Notes under the pieces: model-generated | The model's database searches: none | Told to the model about the DNA's origin: nothing | What the model saw: only the letters and a program-made list of their open reading frames with translations | Made by a program: the position numbers and the translations under genes | In this document: piece by piece, positions 28,013-38,155 of the stretch | Layout: every line of letters begins with the position of its first letter | How positions within the stretch are numbered: the stretch's first letter is position 1 | Source of the DNA: an uncultured delta proteobacterium | GTDB taxonomy: Bacteria > Myxococcota_A > Polyangia > Polyangiales > Polyangiaceae | Direction of reading: 5' to 3' | Assembly (NCBI GenBank): GCA_963841435.1 | Contig: CAWJCS010000004.1 | Location: forward strand, 416,001 to 480,000 | DNA length: 64,000 nucleotides

Positions 28013-28969
28013 ATGACCAAATCGAGCTCCGGGGCGACTGTCCGCAGCCGCGTCACGCCCGGCGGCCTGCGCGTGGCTGACGACGCGCTTGCCCTGATCG
28101 CCAACACGCCGCTCGTGCGGCTCGGTCGCGTCGGTCCGCCTGGGGGAGCCACGGTCTGGGGCAAGGCGGAGTTCATGAATCCCGCCGGGAGCGTGAAGGA
28201 CCGGCCCGCGTTGTCGATGATCCTCGAGGCGGAGCGCACGGGGACGCTCAAGCCCGGCGCGACGATCGTGGAGGCGACGAGCGGCAACACGGGGATCAGC
28301 CTCGCGATGATCGCCGCCGTTCGCGGTTACCGTTGTGTGCTCGTCATGCCGGAGGACATGAGCCTCGAGCGGCGTTACATCCTGCGCGCCTACGGCGCCG
28401 ACATCGTGCTCACGGCCGCAGCCGAAGGCATGACGGGCGCGGTAGCCCGCGCCAAGCAGCTCCTCGCCGAAACGGCGCAGGCTTTCATGCCGAGCCAGTT
28501 CTCGAACCCGGCGAACCCCAAGGCGCACGAGGAGGGCACCGCCGCCGAGATCCTGGACCAGACGGGCGGAGAGCTCGCCGCCTTCGTGGCGGGCGTCGGC
28601 ACCGGTGGCAGCGTGACGGGCGTTGCACGGACGTTGCGCGAGAAGCTCGGTAAGAAGGTGATGGTGGTCGCGGTGGAGCCCGCTGCGAGCGCCGTGCTCA
28701 GCGGCAAGGCGCCGGGGATGCACGGGATCCAGGGCCTCGGAGCGGGCTTCGTACCGGAGATCCTCGAGCGCCCGCTGCTCGACAGGGTGGTCGAGGTTTC
28801 GGACGTCGCGGCCGAGCGCATGGCTCGACGTTTGGCACGCGAGGAGGGGCTGCTCGTTGGACCCTCGTCGGGGGCCAACGTCCACGTCGCGTGCGAGATC
28901 GCCGCCGAGCTCGGCCAAGGCAACGTCGTCACGATCCTTTGCGATTCCGGCGAGCGCTATCTCTTCTGA
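28013..28969 (+). CDS. cysK: Cysteine synthase A
   Basis: NPAGSVKDR (PLP lysine), ATSGNTG, GVGTGGS, HGIQGLG, DSGERY. Confidence 0.93.
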   Translation: MTKSSSGATVRSRVTPGGLRVADDALALIANTPLVRLGRVGPPGGATVWGKAEFMNPAGSVKDRPALSMILEAERTGTLKPGATIVEATSGNTGISLAMIAAVRGYRCVLVMPEDMSLERRYILRAYGADIVLTAAAEGMTGAVARAKQLLAETAQAFMPSQFSNPANPKAHEEGTAAEILDQTGGELAAFVAGVGTGGSVTGVARTLREKLGKKVMVVAVEPAASAVLSGKAPGMHGIQGLGAGFVPEILERPLLDRVVEVSDVAAERMARRLAREEGLLVGPSSGANVHVACEIAAELGQGNVVTILCDSGERYLF

Positions 28970-29153
28970 GCCGATCTCGTATCACTGGAAATCGAAGGGC
29001 CGCCACCGCTCAGCAGGAGCGTGAGAGCACACGCGACCGCCGAGCGAGCCGAATTGGCCCGTCCGAAACTCCTTGGAGGAGCGGGCCTCACCATAAAAGT
29101 TTGGCTAACATGCGCTATGGTGTGGGCTCGACGGAAATTGGTTTGGAGCGAAG

Positions 29154-30482
29154 ATGAGTAAGCGAACCGTTGTGGGTACGATCGCGCTGTTGGGCGCGGG
29201 CGTCGCCTTCGCATGTAGCTCGGGGGGTGACGACACGCCCGCGGCGGGCGGCAGTGCGGGCACGGGGAGTGGCGGCAAGAGCGCGAGCGGCGGCAGCGCC
29301 GGAAGCTCCGGCAAAGGCGCGACGGGGGGCAGCTCCACGGGGGGCAGCTTCACCGGCGGTACCGGCGGAACGAGCAGCGGCGGGCTCGGCGGCGAGGCGG
29401 GAGGGGGCGGCGAAGCCGGGGACATCGGCGCCGGCGGCATCAACGCGTGCGCCAAGGACATCCAGGAAGCGAAGCTCACGCCCGCGAACCTGCTCTTCGT
29501 GTTCGACAAGAGCGGCAGCATGGAATGCAATCCGCCGGAAGGTGACGCTGCGCTCGGCGCGAGGTGCGAAAATTTCCCCCAGAAGGAAGACTCGACCAAG
29601 CCCTCCAAGTGGGAGGTGACGCGCGCCGCCCTCGGGACGGCGTTGGACACGTTGGCCGACCAGCCCAACGTGCGCGCCGGCCTGAGCCTGTTCCCCAAGG
29701 GCACGGCGAGCAATTCCTGTTCGGTTGACACGGACCCCGAAGTGCCGATCGCCCCGCTCAACACGGCGCACCGCCAGGCGATCGCGGACGTGCTCGACGG
29801 CGTCTCGCCCGCGGGGCTCACGCCGATCGCCGGGGCGACGATCTTGAGCTACTCGCACCTCGCCGACGAGCTCCGTGCGCACTCCCTGTCTGGCAACACG
29901 TTCGTCGTGCTGCTCACCGACGGCGCGGAAACCTGCCGCGAATCCGAGCTCCAGAAGCTCGTCGATATGGACGTGCCGAACGCCCGTCTTTTCAACATTC
30001 GCACCTTCGTCATCGGTGCGCCGGGCAGTGAAAACGCCAGAGCGCTGCTGTCGCAGATTGCCTACGAGGGCGGCACCGCATCGAGCCCCAGCTGCGATCA
30101 CAGCGCAAGCCAGCCCGACGAAGGCGACTGCCACTTCGACATGACGACGAGCACCGACTTCGCCCAGGATTTGAACGACGCGCTGCTTGCCATCAGCCGC
30201 ACTAAGACGCTGACCTGCGAGTTCGACGTGCCCCAGAACCCGGGTGGAGGCGGCGTGAACCTGAACGAGGTCAACGTTGCGTTCCAGCCCGGGAATGGAG
30301 GCAAGGTCGAGAACATCAAGAACGTGCCGAACCAGGACTGCGTTGACGCCGAGGGCTGGCAATACAGCGACGACCGCACCAAGATCGTGCTCTGTGGACC
30401 GGTCTGCGACCGGGTGCAGGCCGACCCGCAAGGTCAGGTGAGCATCGTGCTCGGGTGCCCGACCGTGAAGGACGTGACGTGA
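29154..30482 (+). CDS. Gly-rich vWA-domain lipoprotein (paralog 1)
   Basis: Lipobox AFAC; Gly/Ser linker; MIDAS DKSGS, GLTP, LLTDG; Cys-rich C-terminal domain. Confidence 0.85.
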   Translation: MSKRTVVGTIALLGAGVAFACSSGGDDTPAAGGSAGTGSGGKSASGGSAGSSGKGATGGSSTGGSFTGGTGGTSSGGLGGEAGGGGEAGDIGAGGINACAKDIQEAKLTPANLLFVFDKSGSMECNPPEGDAALGARCENFPQKEDSTKPSKWEVTRAALGTALDTLADQPNVRAGLSLFPKGTASNSCSVDTDPEVPIAPLNTAHRQAIADVLDGVSPAGLTPIAGATILSYSHLADELRAHSLSGNTFVVLLTDGAETCRESELQKLVDMDVPNARLFNIRTFVIGAPGSENARALLSQIAYEGGTASSPSCDHSASQPDEGDCHFDMTTSTDFAQDLNDALLAISRTKTLTCEFDVPQNPGGGGVNLNEVNVAFQPGNGGKVENIKNVPNQDCVDAEGWQYSDDRTKIVLCGPVCDRVQADPQGQVSIVLGCPTVKDVT

Positions 30483-30490
30483 GGCCTGCG

Positions 30491-32083
30491 ATGACTGACG
30501 CTTCCAGGAAAAGGTATTGGCCTGCCATCGGCCTGCTCTTCGGCGTGGCCTACGCCTGCTCCGGCAATCCGGAGGTGGCCTTCAAGCCCAAGCCCATCGA
30601 TAGCGGTGGCAGCGGAGGCGATTCGAGCGGCGGGACCGCCGGCAAGGGGCTGGGGTCCGGTGGCAGCGCCGGGACGATCGGCGTGCCCGGCACGGGCGGC
30701 AGCAGCAGTGGCGGAAAGTCCGGCACCAGTGGCGGGAAGGGCGGCGGCGGCAACGGCCCGGGCGGCGAGGCCGGCGACTTCGGCAGCGGTGCCTTCGGTG
30801 GCTTCCCGGACATCGACTTCACGTACGACGCCGGGGTGATGGGGCAGGGTGGCGCCTGCGACACGGTGACCGGTAAGGCGGATCTCGTGAAGAAGCCGAT
30901 GGATATCATCGTTGCCATCGACAACTCCGCGAGCATGGCGGGCGAGATTCAGGCCGTGCAGGCGCGCATCAACAACGACTTTGCGAGCATCATCCAGGCG
31001 AGTGGCATCGACTACCGCGTGATCCTGGTGTCGCGTTACGGCAACGTCTTCGATCAGAACTACGACGGCGGCGCGCCGCAAGATTCCGCCTTCTCCATCT
31101 GCGTGGGCGCGCCGCTCAGCACCTTGACCTGCCCGCAATCGCAGAACGCGACCACGCCGCTCGTCTCGCACAATCCGCCGCGTTTCTACCACCACAGCAC
31201 CGATATCGGCAGCAACGACATGTGGTGCCGCTTGCTCGACTCCTACGACAAGACGGATCCGTACCCGGCCGATCCGCGCAGCACCGGCGACCAAAATGGG
31301 ACGCCGTGGGTGCCCATCGCTCCGAACGGCTGGTCTGCCTACCTGCGGCCCGAGGCTTTCAAGGTGTTCATCGGCATCACGGACGACAGCCCGTCTGGGT
31401 CGGGTGGTGGCGGCTGCCCGAACATGCGCGGCCTCGGTCTCAACGGCACGAGCAATCAGGCGGGGGCCGACGCCTTCGACACCACGCTGCGCACACTGGC
31501 GCCGAACCAGTTCGGCGCCGTGGGCGGCGCGCGCAACTACGTCTGGTACAGCATCGTCGGCATGGCCGGCAATGCGACGACCAACCCGACGCCGCTCACT
31601 CCTGCCGACGCGGTCGAAACGCGTTGTTGCCGCGGCAACGGCAGCGCCACCAACAATTGCCCCGGCAACAGCGGCGCGGATGCAGACGGAGCGGGCAACG
31701 GTGCGGGCTATCAGTACCTCAGCATCCTGACCGAGGGCCTGCGCTATCCCTCCTGCTACAACGCGAACTTCGACGCGATCTTCAACGCCATTGCGCAAGG
31801 CGTGATCGAGGGCGCCAAGGCGTCGTGCGAGTACGACGTTCCCGTGCCCACGACGGGCATCGTGGACTTCGACCAGACCAAGGTCACCTACAACCCGGGC
31901 GGCAACGCCGCCGCGGGCATCCCGCTCGAGCGGGCCGCGAGTGCCGCCGCGTGCGGGAGCACGCCGGGCTTCTACTTCAACCAGAGCTTCGACAAGATCT
32001 TCCTCTGCCCCGACACCTGCACGACCGTGCAGACCGACGACGCGGCGGAGGTGGCGATCGATTTCGGCTGCCTGGGCTCCTGA
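30491..32083 (+). CDS. Gly-rich vWA-like lipoprotein (paralog 2, with Cys-rich insertions)
   Basis: Lipobox AYAC; MIDAS DNSAS, GITDD; same C-terminal G(W/F)xx...LCPxTC...FGC domain. Confidence 0.82.
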   Translation: MTDASRKRYWPAIGLLFGVAYACSGNPEVAFKPKPIDSGGSGGDSSGGTAGKGLGSGGSAGTIGVPGTGGSSSGGKSGTSGGKGGGGNGPGGEAGDFGSGAFGGFPDIDFTYDAGVMGQGGACDTVTGKADLVKKPMDIIVAIDNSASMAGEIQAVQARINNDFASIIQASGIDYRVILVSRYGNVFDQNYDGGAPQDSAFSICVGAPLSTLTCPQSQNATTPLVSHNPPRFYHHSTDIGSNDMWCRLLDSYDKTDPYPADPRSTGDQNGTPWVPIAPNGWSAYLRPEAFKVFIGITDDSPSGSGGGGCPNMRGLGLNGTSNQAGADAFDTTLRTLAPNQFGAVGGARNYVWYSIVGMAGNATTNPTPLTPADAVETRCCRGNGSATNNCPGNSGADADGAGNGAGYQYLSILTEGLRYPSCYNANFDAIFNAIAQGVIEGAKASCEYDVPVPTTGIVDFDQTKVTYNPGGNAAAGIPLERAASAAACGSTPGFYFNQSFDKIFLCPDTCTTVQTDDAAEVAIDFGCLGS

Positions 32084-32136
32084 CGAGCGCATGCTGACGC
32101 GGCCCGGCGGGTTGCGTAAGGCTGGCGGGAGCAGCG

Positions 32137-32922
32137 CTACTTGCCGTTGAATCTTGGGCGCCGCCGCTCGCCGAAGGCGATGATGCCCTCACGCAGGTCC
32201 TGGCTGGCGAGCAAGCGCGCTTGTCCCGTGGCCTCGCGGGCGAGCGCCTCCTCGAGCGTGGCGCCGAGCGCTGCGCGCGTGGCGAGCTTGATCTCTCGCA
32301 GGGCAAGCGGCGGACCTTCCGCGAGTCGTCGTGCGAGTGCCACCGCTTCCGTCATGAGGTCGCTCGAGGGCACGACGCGATTGGCGAGCCCGAGCTCGAG
32401 CGCGCGCTCTGCCCCGATCTTCTCTCCGAGGAGGAGCAGCTCGAGCGCGCGTCCCGGGCCGACCAAGCGCGGCAGGTGGTAGGTGCCGCCGCCGTCCGGC
32501 ATCAGCCCGATGCCCACGAACTTCTCCTGGAGATAGCCGTCTACGGACAGCACGCGCAGGTCACAGGCGAGCGCGAGGTCGCAGCCGAACCCGACGGCCG
32601 CACCGCCCACCGCGGCAATCACCGGCTGGCCAGCGTCGGCGATGGCGCGGATGCAGGCCTGGAAGGGCGCGAGGCGCTCAGCGAGCAAAACGCCCGAGTC
32701 GAGGTTCGCGAGGGCCTGCTTCAGGTCCGCGCCGGAGCAGAAGGCGCCTCCGCTGCCAGTGAGCACGAGCGCGCGGACGCCGGGGTCTCCCGCCGCTCGT
32801 GCGAGCTCCGAGCCCAGGCGCTCGACGAGCTCGGCATCGAGGGCATTGAGCGTTTCGGGTCTGTTGAGCCTGAGGACGGCGACCGCTCCGTCGCGCTCGG
32901 CCAGCAGGGAGGGGGTCGGCAT
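32137..32922 (-). CDS. Enoyl-CoA hydratase/isomerase
   Basis: LNRPETLNAL, AFCSGADL, AVGFGCDLALACD, IGLMPDGG; ATG 32922. Confidence 0.9.
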   Translation of the reverse strand: MPTPSLLAERDGAVAVLRLNRPETLNALDAELVERLGSELARAAGDPGVRALVLTGSGGAFCSGADLKQALANLDSGVLLAERLAPFQACIRAIADAGQPVIAAVGGAAVGFGCDLALACDLRVLSVDGYLQEKFVGIGLMPDGGGTYHLPRLVGPGRALELLLLGEKIGAERALELGLANRVVPSSDLMTEAVALARRLAEGPPLALREIKLATRAALGATLEEALAREATGQARLLASQDLREGIIAFGERRRPRFNGK

Positions 32923-32998
32923 GGCTTCGCAGTATGCGGTGGCCCGTGGTGTGCGGCTACCGGAGGGGGGCCTCTCGTGGCAAGACTCCGCCAAACCG

Positions 32999-33844
32999 AT
33001 GGGCAGCCCGTTCGACATCCCGACCCCACCACCGCTCGCCGAGCAGCAGGGCGAAGCCTACGTTTCGCTCGTCGCCATCATGCGGCGGCTGCTCGCCCCC
33101 GACGGCTGCCCCTGGGACCGCGAGCAGAGCTATCTCACGCTTCGGCGCTACGTTCTCGAGGAAGCCTGCGAGGTGATCGACGCCATCGACGCAGGGGACT
33201 TCGAAGGGCTCAAGGAGGAGCTCGGTGATCTCGCGTTGCAAGTGGTGTTCTTGAGCGAGCTGGCGCGGCGCGAGGGTCGCTTCGGCCCCGACGATGTCCT
33301 GGCCGGCATCGTCGAGAAGCTCGTGCGCCGCCACCCGCATGTCTTCGCCGACGAGCACGTCGAGGGCGCCGAGCAGGTCGTTCAAAACTGGGAGCTCATC
33401 AAGGCCGCCGAGAAGGCTGAACGCGGTGTGCTCGATTCGGTGCCGCGCTCCCTGTCGGCGTTGTTGCGTGCCGAGCGCATGGGCGACAAGGTGAGCCGCG
33501 TCGGCTTCGATTGGCCGGACGGGCGCGGCTCGCGCGCCAAGGTGAGCGAGGAGCTCGGCGAGCTCGACGAGGCCATCGCAGGCGGCGATCGCGCCCGCAT
33601 CGAGAGCGAGCTCGGCGACCTGCTCTTTTCGCTCGTCAACCTGGCACGCCACCACGGCGTCGATCCCGAATCTGCGCTGCGCTCCACCGCCGATCGTTTC
33701 GCCAAACGCTTCTCCCACGTAGAAAAGCGCGTGAAGGAGCGACACGGGGGTTGGCCGCGCGGTCAGGACGGCAAGCCGCGAGCCGGAATCCCGCTCGAGG
33801 TGCTCGACGGCTACTGGACCGAGGCGAAGCGGGAGGCACCGTGA
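32999..33844 (+). CDS. mazG: Nucleoside triphosphate pyrophosphohydrolase MazG
   Basis: GCPWDREQ, EEACEV, EELGDL, RRHPHVF, GFDW and a second ELGDLLF. Confidence 0.93.
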   Translation: MGSPFDIPTPPPLAEQQGEAYVSLVAIMRRLLAPDGCPWDREQSYLTLRRYVLEEACEVIDAIDAGDFEGLKEELGDLALQVVFLSELARREGRFGPDDVLAGIVEKLVRRHPHVFADEHVEGAEQVVQNWELIKAAEKAERGVLDSVPRSLSALLRAERMGDKVSRVGFDWPDGRGSRAKVSEELGELDEAIAGGDRARIESELGDLLFSLVNLARHHGVDPESALRSTADRFAKRFSHVEKRVKERHGGWPRGQDGKPRAGIPLEVLDGYWTEAKREAP

Positions 33845-34992
33845 GCGACGTGCCGACGCCCGTCGCGCGGCTGCCGGACGAGTGGCGTGCCGAGCTCGCG
33901 CGGCACGGCGAGCCCGCCTATCGGGCGCTCCAGGTGTTTCGCTGGATCCACCGACGAGGCGAGCTCGAGCCGGAAAAGATGACGGACTTGCCCGCGGCGC
34001 TGCGCCAGGTGTTGCGGAGCGAGGGGCTAGCTCCTCCCGCCGAGGTGGTGGACGTGCGCCGGGCCGCCGACGGGACTCGCAAGGTGGTGCTGGGGCTCGC
34101 TGCGGGGGCTCGCGTCGAGTGCGTTCTCATTCCCATGACGCCGCTGGCGGACGCCGACGCCGATGCCGCGGTCGGCGACGGTGACGCCGACGACGCCGAG
34201 GACGCGGTGGGGGGTCCGACGCGCGTCACGCTGTGCGTGTCAACGCAGTTCGGCTGCGCCATGGGCTGCGTGTTCTGCGCGAGCGGTCGCGCGGGGCTCG
34301 GGCGTGGCCTCGACGCCGGCGAGATCGTAAGCCAGGTGATCCTCTCGCGGCGGCTGCTCGACCCCGGCGAGGAGCTCAGGAACCTGGTGTTCATGGGCAT
34401 GGGCGAGCCGCTTCACCACTACGAGGCAACGGCGCGAGCGCTCCGACTCTTGACTCATCCGGAGGGCGGCGGCATGAGCCCGCGGCGCATCACGGTCAGC
34501 ACCGTCGGCCTCGTGCCCGGCCTCAAGCGACTGGGCGATGATTTCGGCGGCAAAATAGGGTTGGCTGTGTCGCTGCACGCGCCCGACGACGAGACGCGCG
34601 GCCGGATCGTGCCGATGAACCGGCGCTACCCCCTCTCCGAGCTCATGCGCGCCCTGCGGCAGTACCCGTTGCCGAAGCGCCGCCGCATCACCATCGAATA
34701 CACGCTCATCGACGGTGTCAACGACAGCCGCGGCCACGCTGAGCGCCTCACCGAGCTGCTCTTCGACCTCCCCGTCAAGGTCAACCTCATTCCCATGAAC
34801 CCCGTCACGGGCTCGCCGCTCCGCGCGTCGCCGCCCGAGCGCGTCGCGGCGTTCCAGGACCTCGTTTCGGCCGCCGGGTACTCGTGCTTCGTGCGCACGC
34901 GCCGCGGCGACGAGGTCGACGCGGCCTGCGGACAGCTCGCACTCGCGCCCGATTTGATCGCGCTTGGCGGCCGCTCACGGGGGCTCACCTGA
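33841..34992 (+). CDS. rlmN: Radical SAM rRNA/tRNA methyltransferase RlmN
   Basis: CAMGCVFC, FMGMGEPL, SLHA, VNLIPMN, AACGQL; GTGA overlap. Confidence 0.92.
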   Translation: MSDVPTPVARLPDEWRAELARHGEPAYRALQVFRWIHRRGELEPEKMTDLPAALRQVLRSEGLAPPAEVVDVRRAADGTRKVVLGLAAGARVECVLIPMTPLADADADAAVGDGDADDAEDAVGGPTRVTLCVSTQFGCAMGCVFCASGRAGLGRGLDAGEIVSQVILSRRLLDPGEELRNLVFMGMGEPLHHYEATARALRLLTHPEGGGMSPRRITVSTVGLVPGLKRLGDDFGGKIGLAVSLHAPDDETRGRIVPMNRRYPLSELMRALRQYPLPKRRRITIEYTLIDGVNDSRGHAERLTELLFDLPVKVNLIPMNPVTGSPLRASPPERVAAFQDLVSAAGYSCFVRTRRGDEVDAACGQLALAPDLIALGGRSRGLT

Positions 34993-36395
34993 CGCTGCCG
35001 TTCCAGCGGCTCTTGGTGGCGAACCGCGGCGAGATCGCCTGCCGCGTGTTGCGCACCGCCTCGCGCCTGGGCCTCGAGACGGTCGCGGTGTTCTCGGACG
35101 CCGACACGCTCTCTCCGCACGTGGCGCTTGCCGATCAGGCGATGCGGCTCGGCCCGGCCCCCGTCAAGCAGAGCTACCTGTCGGTCAACGCCATCCTCGG
35201 CGCGATCGCCGAAACGGGCGCTGACGCCGTGCATCCCGGCTACGGCTTGCTCAGCGAGAGCCCGGCCTTCGCCGCGGCGGTTGCCGCCGCGGGCGCCACG
35301 TTCATCGGGCCCTCGCCGCGCGCTCTCGCGACGCTCGGCGACAAGATTGCCGCTCGCCGCAGCGCCCGCGCCGTCGGCCTCGAGCCGCCGCCCGGCAGCG
35401 AGGGGCCCATCGACCCCGACGACGCGAAAGCGCTCGCCGCCGAGGCGGAGCGCATCGGCTACCCGTTGCTCGTCAAGGCCGCGGGCGGCGGCGGCGGCAT
35501 CGGCATGCAGGTGGCGGCCAACGTCGAGGAGCTCGCGCGCGCCGCTCGCGCTTGCTCGGATCGCGGACGCGCCGCTTTCCTCGACCCGAGGGTGTACCTC
35601 GAGCGCTACGTCGAGCATCCGCGGCACATCGAGCTTCAGCTGCTCGCGGACGCGCACGGAGGCGCGCGCGTGCTCGGTGAGCGCGAGTGCAGCGTCCAGC
35701 GGCGACACCAAAAGGTCATCGAGGAGAGCCCGTCGCCGGCCGCGTTCCTCGGCGGCGACCTCGGGCGCTCGCGGCGTCGGGTGCTCGCGGAGCGAGCGAT
35801 CGCGCTCGCGGCGTCGGTCGGCTACGTGGGAGCTGGAACGGTAGAGCTCGTGGCCGATGGGGAGGGCAGAAGCTATTTTCTCGAGGTGAATGCTCGACTG
35901 CAGGTCGAGCACCCGGTCACCGAGCTCGTGACGGGGCTCGACCTCGTCGAGGCACAGCTCCGCATCGCCGCTGGCGAGCCGCTTTCGCGCGAGGTGCTCG
36001 AGGCCGAGCCGCAGGGCCACGCGATCGAGATGCGCCTCTACGCCGAGGACCCGGCCAAGGGCTACCTGCCCCAGCCCGGCCGGCTCGAGCGCCTGCGGTT
36101 TCCGGAGGGTTTGCCCGGTGTGCGCGTCGACGCCGGCTACAGCGAGGGGGGCGAGGTGACGGTGCACTACGACCCGCTGATCGCCAAGATCATCGCGCAC
36201 GGTGCCACGCGGGCGGAGGCGATCGCGCGCCTCGACGCAGCGCTCGCCGCGACCGTGGTCGAGCTCGTGGGGCCCAAGGGGAGGCGGGCCACGAACCTAG
36301 AGCTCGGGCGCCGGGTGCTCGCCTCGGCCCCCTTCCGGGCCGGCGACTACGACACGACGCTCCTCGCGAGCCTGCCGAGCGAGGGGCCCGGCTAG
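34989..36395 (+). CDS. Biotin carboxylase (acyl-CoA carboxylase BC subunit)
   Basis: LLVANRGEIA, HPGYGLLSE, GGGGIGM, RECSVQRRHQK, EVNARLQVEH, YDPLIAK. Start codon uncertain (CTG 34989). Confidence 0.9.
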   Translation: MTLPFQRLLVANRGEIACRVLRTASRLGLETVAVFSDADTLSPHVALADQAMRLGPAPVKQSYLSVNAILGAIAETGADAVHPGYGLLSESPAFAAAVAAAGATFIGPSPRALATLGDKIAARRSARAVGLEPPPGSEGPIDPDDAKALAAEAERIGYPLLVKAAGGGGGIGMQVAANVEELARAARACSDRGRAAFLDPRVYLERYVEHPRHIELQLLADAHGGARVLGERECSVQRRHQKVIEESPSPAAFLGGDLGRSRRRVLAERAIALAASVGYVGAGTVELVADGEGRSYFLEVNARLQVEHPVTELVTGLDLVEAQLRIAAGEPLSREVLEAEPQGHAIEMRLYAEDPAKGYLPQPGRLERLRFPEGLPGVRVDAGYSEGGEVTVHYDPLIAKIIAHGATRAEAIARLDAALAATVVELVGPKGRRATNLELGRRVLASAPFRAGDYDTTLLASLPSEGPG

Positions 36396-36396
36396 G

Positions 36397-38137
36397 ATGG
36401 ACCGGCCCGGCAATCCGTTCGCGGCGGCCCGCGCCTGGATCGCGGGCGACCCCGACGCTCGCACGCGATCCGAGCTCGAGGCGCTCGTCGCCGGCGGCGA
36501 TCGGGAGGCCCTGAGCGAGCGAATGGCGGGCCCGTTGACGTTCGGAACGGCGGGTCTGCGGGCGCCCGTCGGTGCCGGCAGCGCGCGCATGAACCGCGCC
36601 ACCGTCATCCGGACCACGCGCGGCCTCGCGGACTTTCTGGTGGCGCGGCGAGACGGCGCGCGGGCCCTACCGGTCGTCGTGGGGCACGACGCGCGCACCA
36701 CGAGCCCGGAGCTCGCCCGCGACACGGTCGCCGTGCTCAGGGCCGCGGGGCTCCCCGTGCGCTTCTTTCCCGAGCCTGTCCCCACGCCGCTCGTCGCGTA
36801 CGCCGCACGCGCGCTCGGCGCCACGGCCGCTGTCGTCGTGACGGCGAGCCACAATCCGCGCGAAGACAACGGCTACAAGGTGTACCTCGACGACGCCGTG
36901 CAGCTCGTGGCTCCGCACGACGCAGCCATCGCCGCCTCGATCGAAAAGGTCGGCGATGCAGCGAGTGTGCCGCGGCGCGAGGCCAGCGACGACGAGCGTC
37001 TCGAACGGCTCGAGGTCGCCCCGTGGTTCGAGCGCTACCTCACCGAAGCGTTCGGCTCGCTCGGGATCGGCGAGCCCGAGCAGAAGCCCCTCAAGATCGT
37101 GTACACGCCGCTTCACGGGGTCGGGTTCCGCTTCGCGCGCGAAGCGCTCGAGCGTGCCGGCTTCACCGACGTGCACGTCGTGCCGGAGCAGGCGGAGCCC
37201 GACGGTGCTTTTCCAACGACGCCATTTCCGAACCCGGAGGAGCCGGGCACGCTGGCGCTCGGGCTCGAGCTCGCCGAACGGGTTCGGGCCGATCTCGTTG
37301 ATCGCCAACGACCCCGACGCCGATCGTCTCGCGGCGGCCGTACCCGCACCGAGCGGGCGCTTCATCACGCTGACCGGCAACCAGCTCGGAGCACTGCTTT
37401 GCGCCGCGAGCCTCGACCGCTTCGCTGGTCCGGGTCAGCCCCTCGTGCTCACGAGCCTCGTGACGAGCCCACTCGTCGAGGCGATCGCAAGGTCACGTGG
37501 CGCGCGCTTCGAGCGGACCTTGACGGGTTTCAAGTGGATCTGGACGGCTGCACTCGCCTTGGAGCGACGCGGCGGAGTGCGCTTCTGTTGCGGCATGGAA
37601 GAGGCGCTCGGCTATTCGGTGACGCCCGTCGTGCGCGACAAAGACGGCATCTCGGCCGCGGTGCTGCTCGCCGGGCTCGCGGCCCGCGCGCGGGCGGCCG
37701 GACACACGCTGCTCGAACGCCTGCACGCGACGTACGCCGAGCACGGGCTCTGGGTCAGCTTGCAGCGGAGCGTGCCGCTATCGAAGGCCATGGTCGAAGA
37801 GGTTGGGATGGCGGTCATCGACCGGTTGGCTCAATCGCCACCCCAGGAGCTGGCCGGGATTCGCGTGACCGAGGTGGTGGATCATCGGACCGGCGCCGAA
37901 GCGCGCCCGCCTTGGCTTGCCGCTTCGCCGCTGGTCGAGCTAAAGCTCGCGTGCGGTCGGCTGCTCATGCGACCGAGCGGCACGGAGCCCAAGCTCAAGC
38001 TGTACGTCGATCTCCGAGCGGACGGGCCGGGCCACGGCTCACTCGAAGAGGCAGAGCGCGCACTCGGCGATACGGCACGGGCCGTCGCCGAGGCCCTCGT
38101 CGAGCGGCTCGCATCCCCCGGTCTCCAAGGCCGCTGA
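36397..38137 (+). CDS. Phosphoglucomutase/phosphomannomutase; +1 frameshift near 37298
   Basis: FGTAGLR and TASHNP lie in one frame; DPDADR, TLTGFK, DKDG and RPSGTEPKLK lie in the next. Removing one base of gatctcgttgatc joins them. Confidence 0.85.
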
Positions 38138-38155
38138 GCCGCGGGAGCCCGCCGC

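Noticed and set aside
29220-29440. GGC/AGC-rich repetitive DNA here and near 30600, 45700, 47300 and 48700, as a possible CRISPR or tandem repeat
   Set aside because: It encodes Gly/Ser linkers; there is no fixed repeat-spacer period and no cas gene.
32999-33844. mazG as an anti-phage or toxin-antitoxin component
   Set aside because: It is the standard two-domain housekeeping MazG in an operon with rlmN, with no defence genes nearby.
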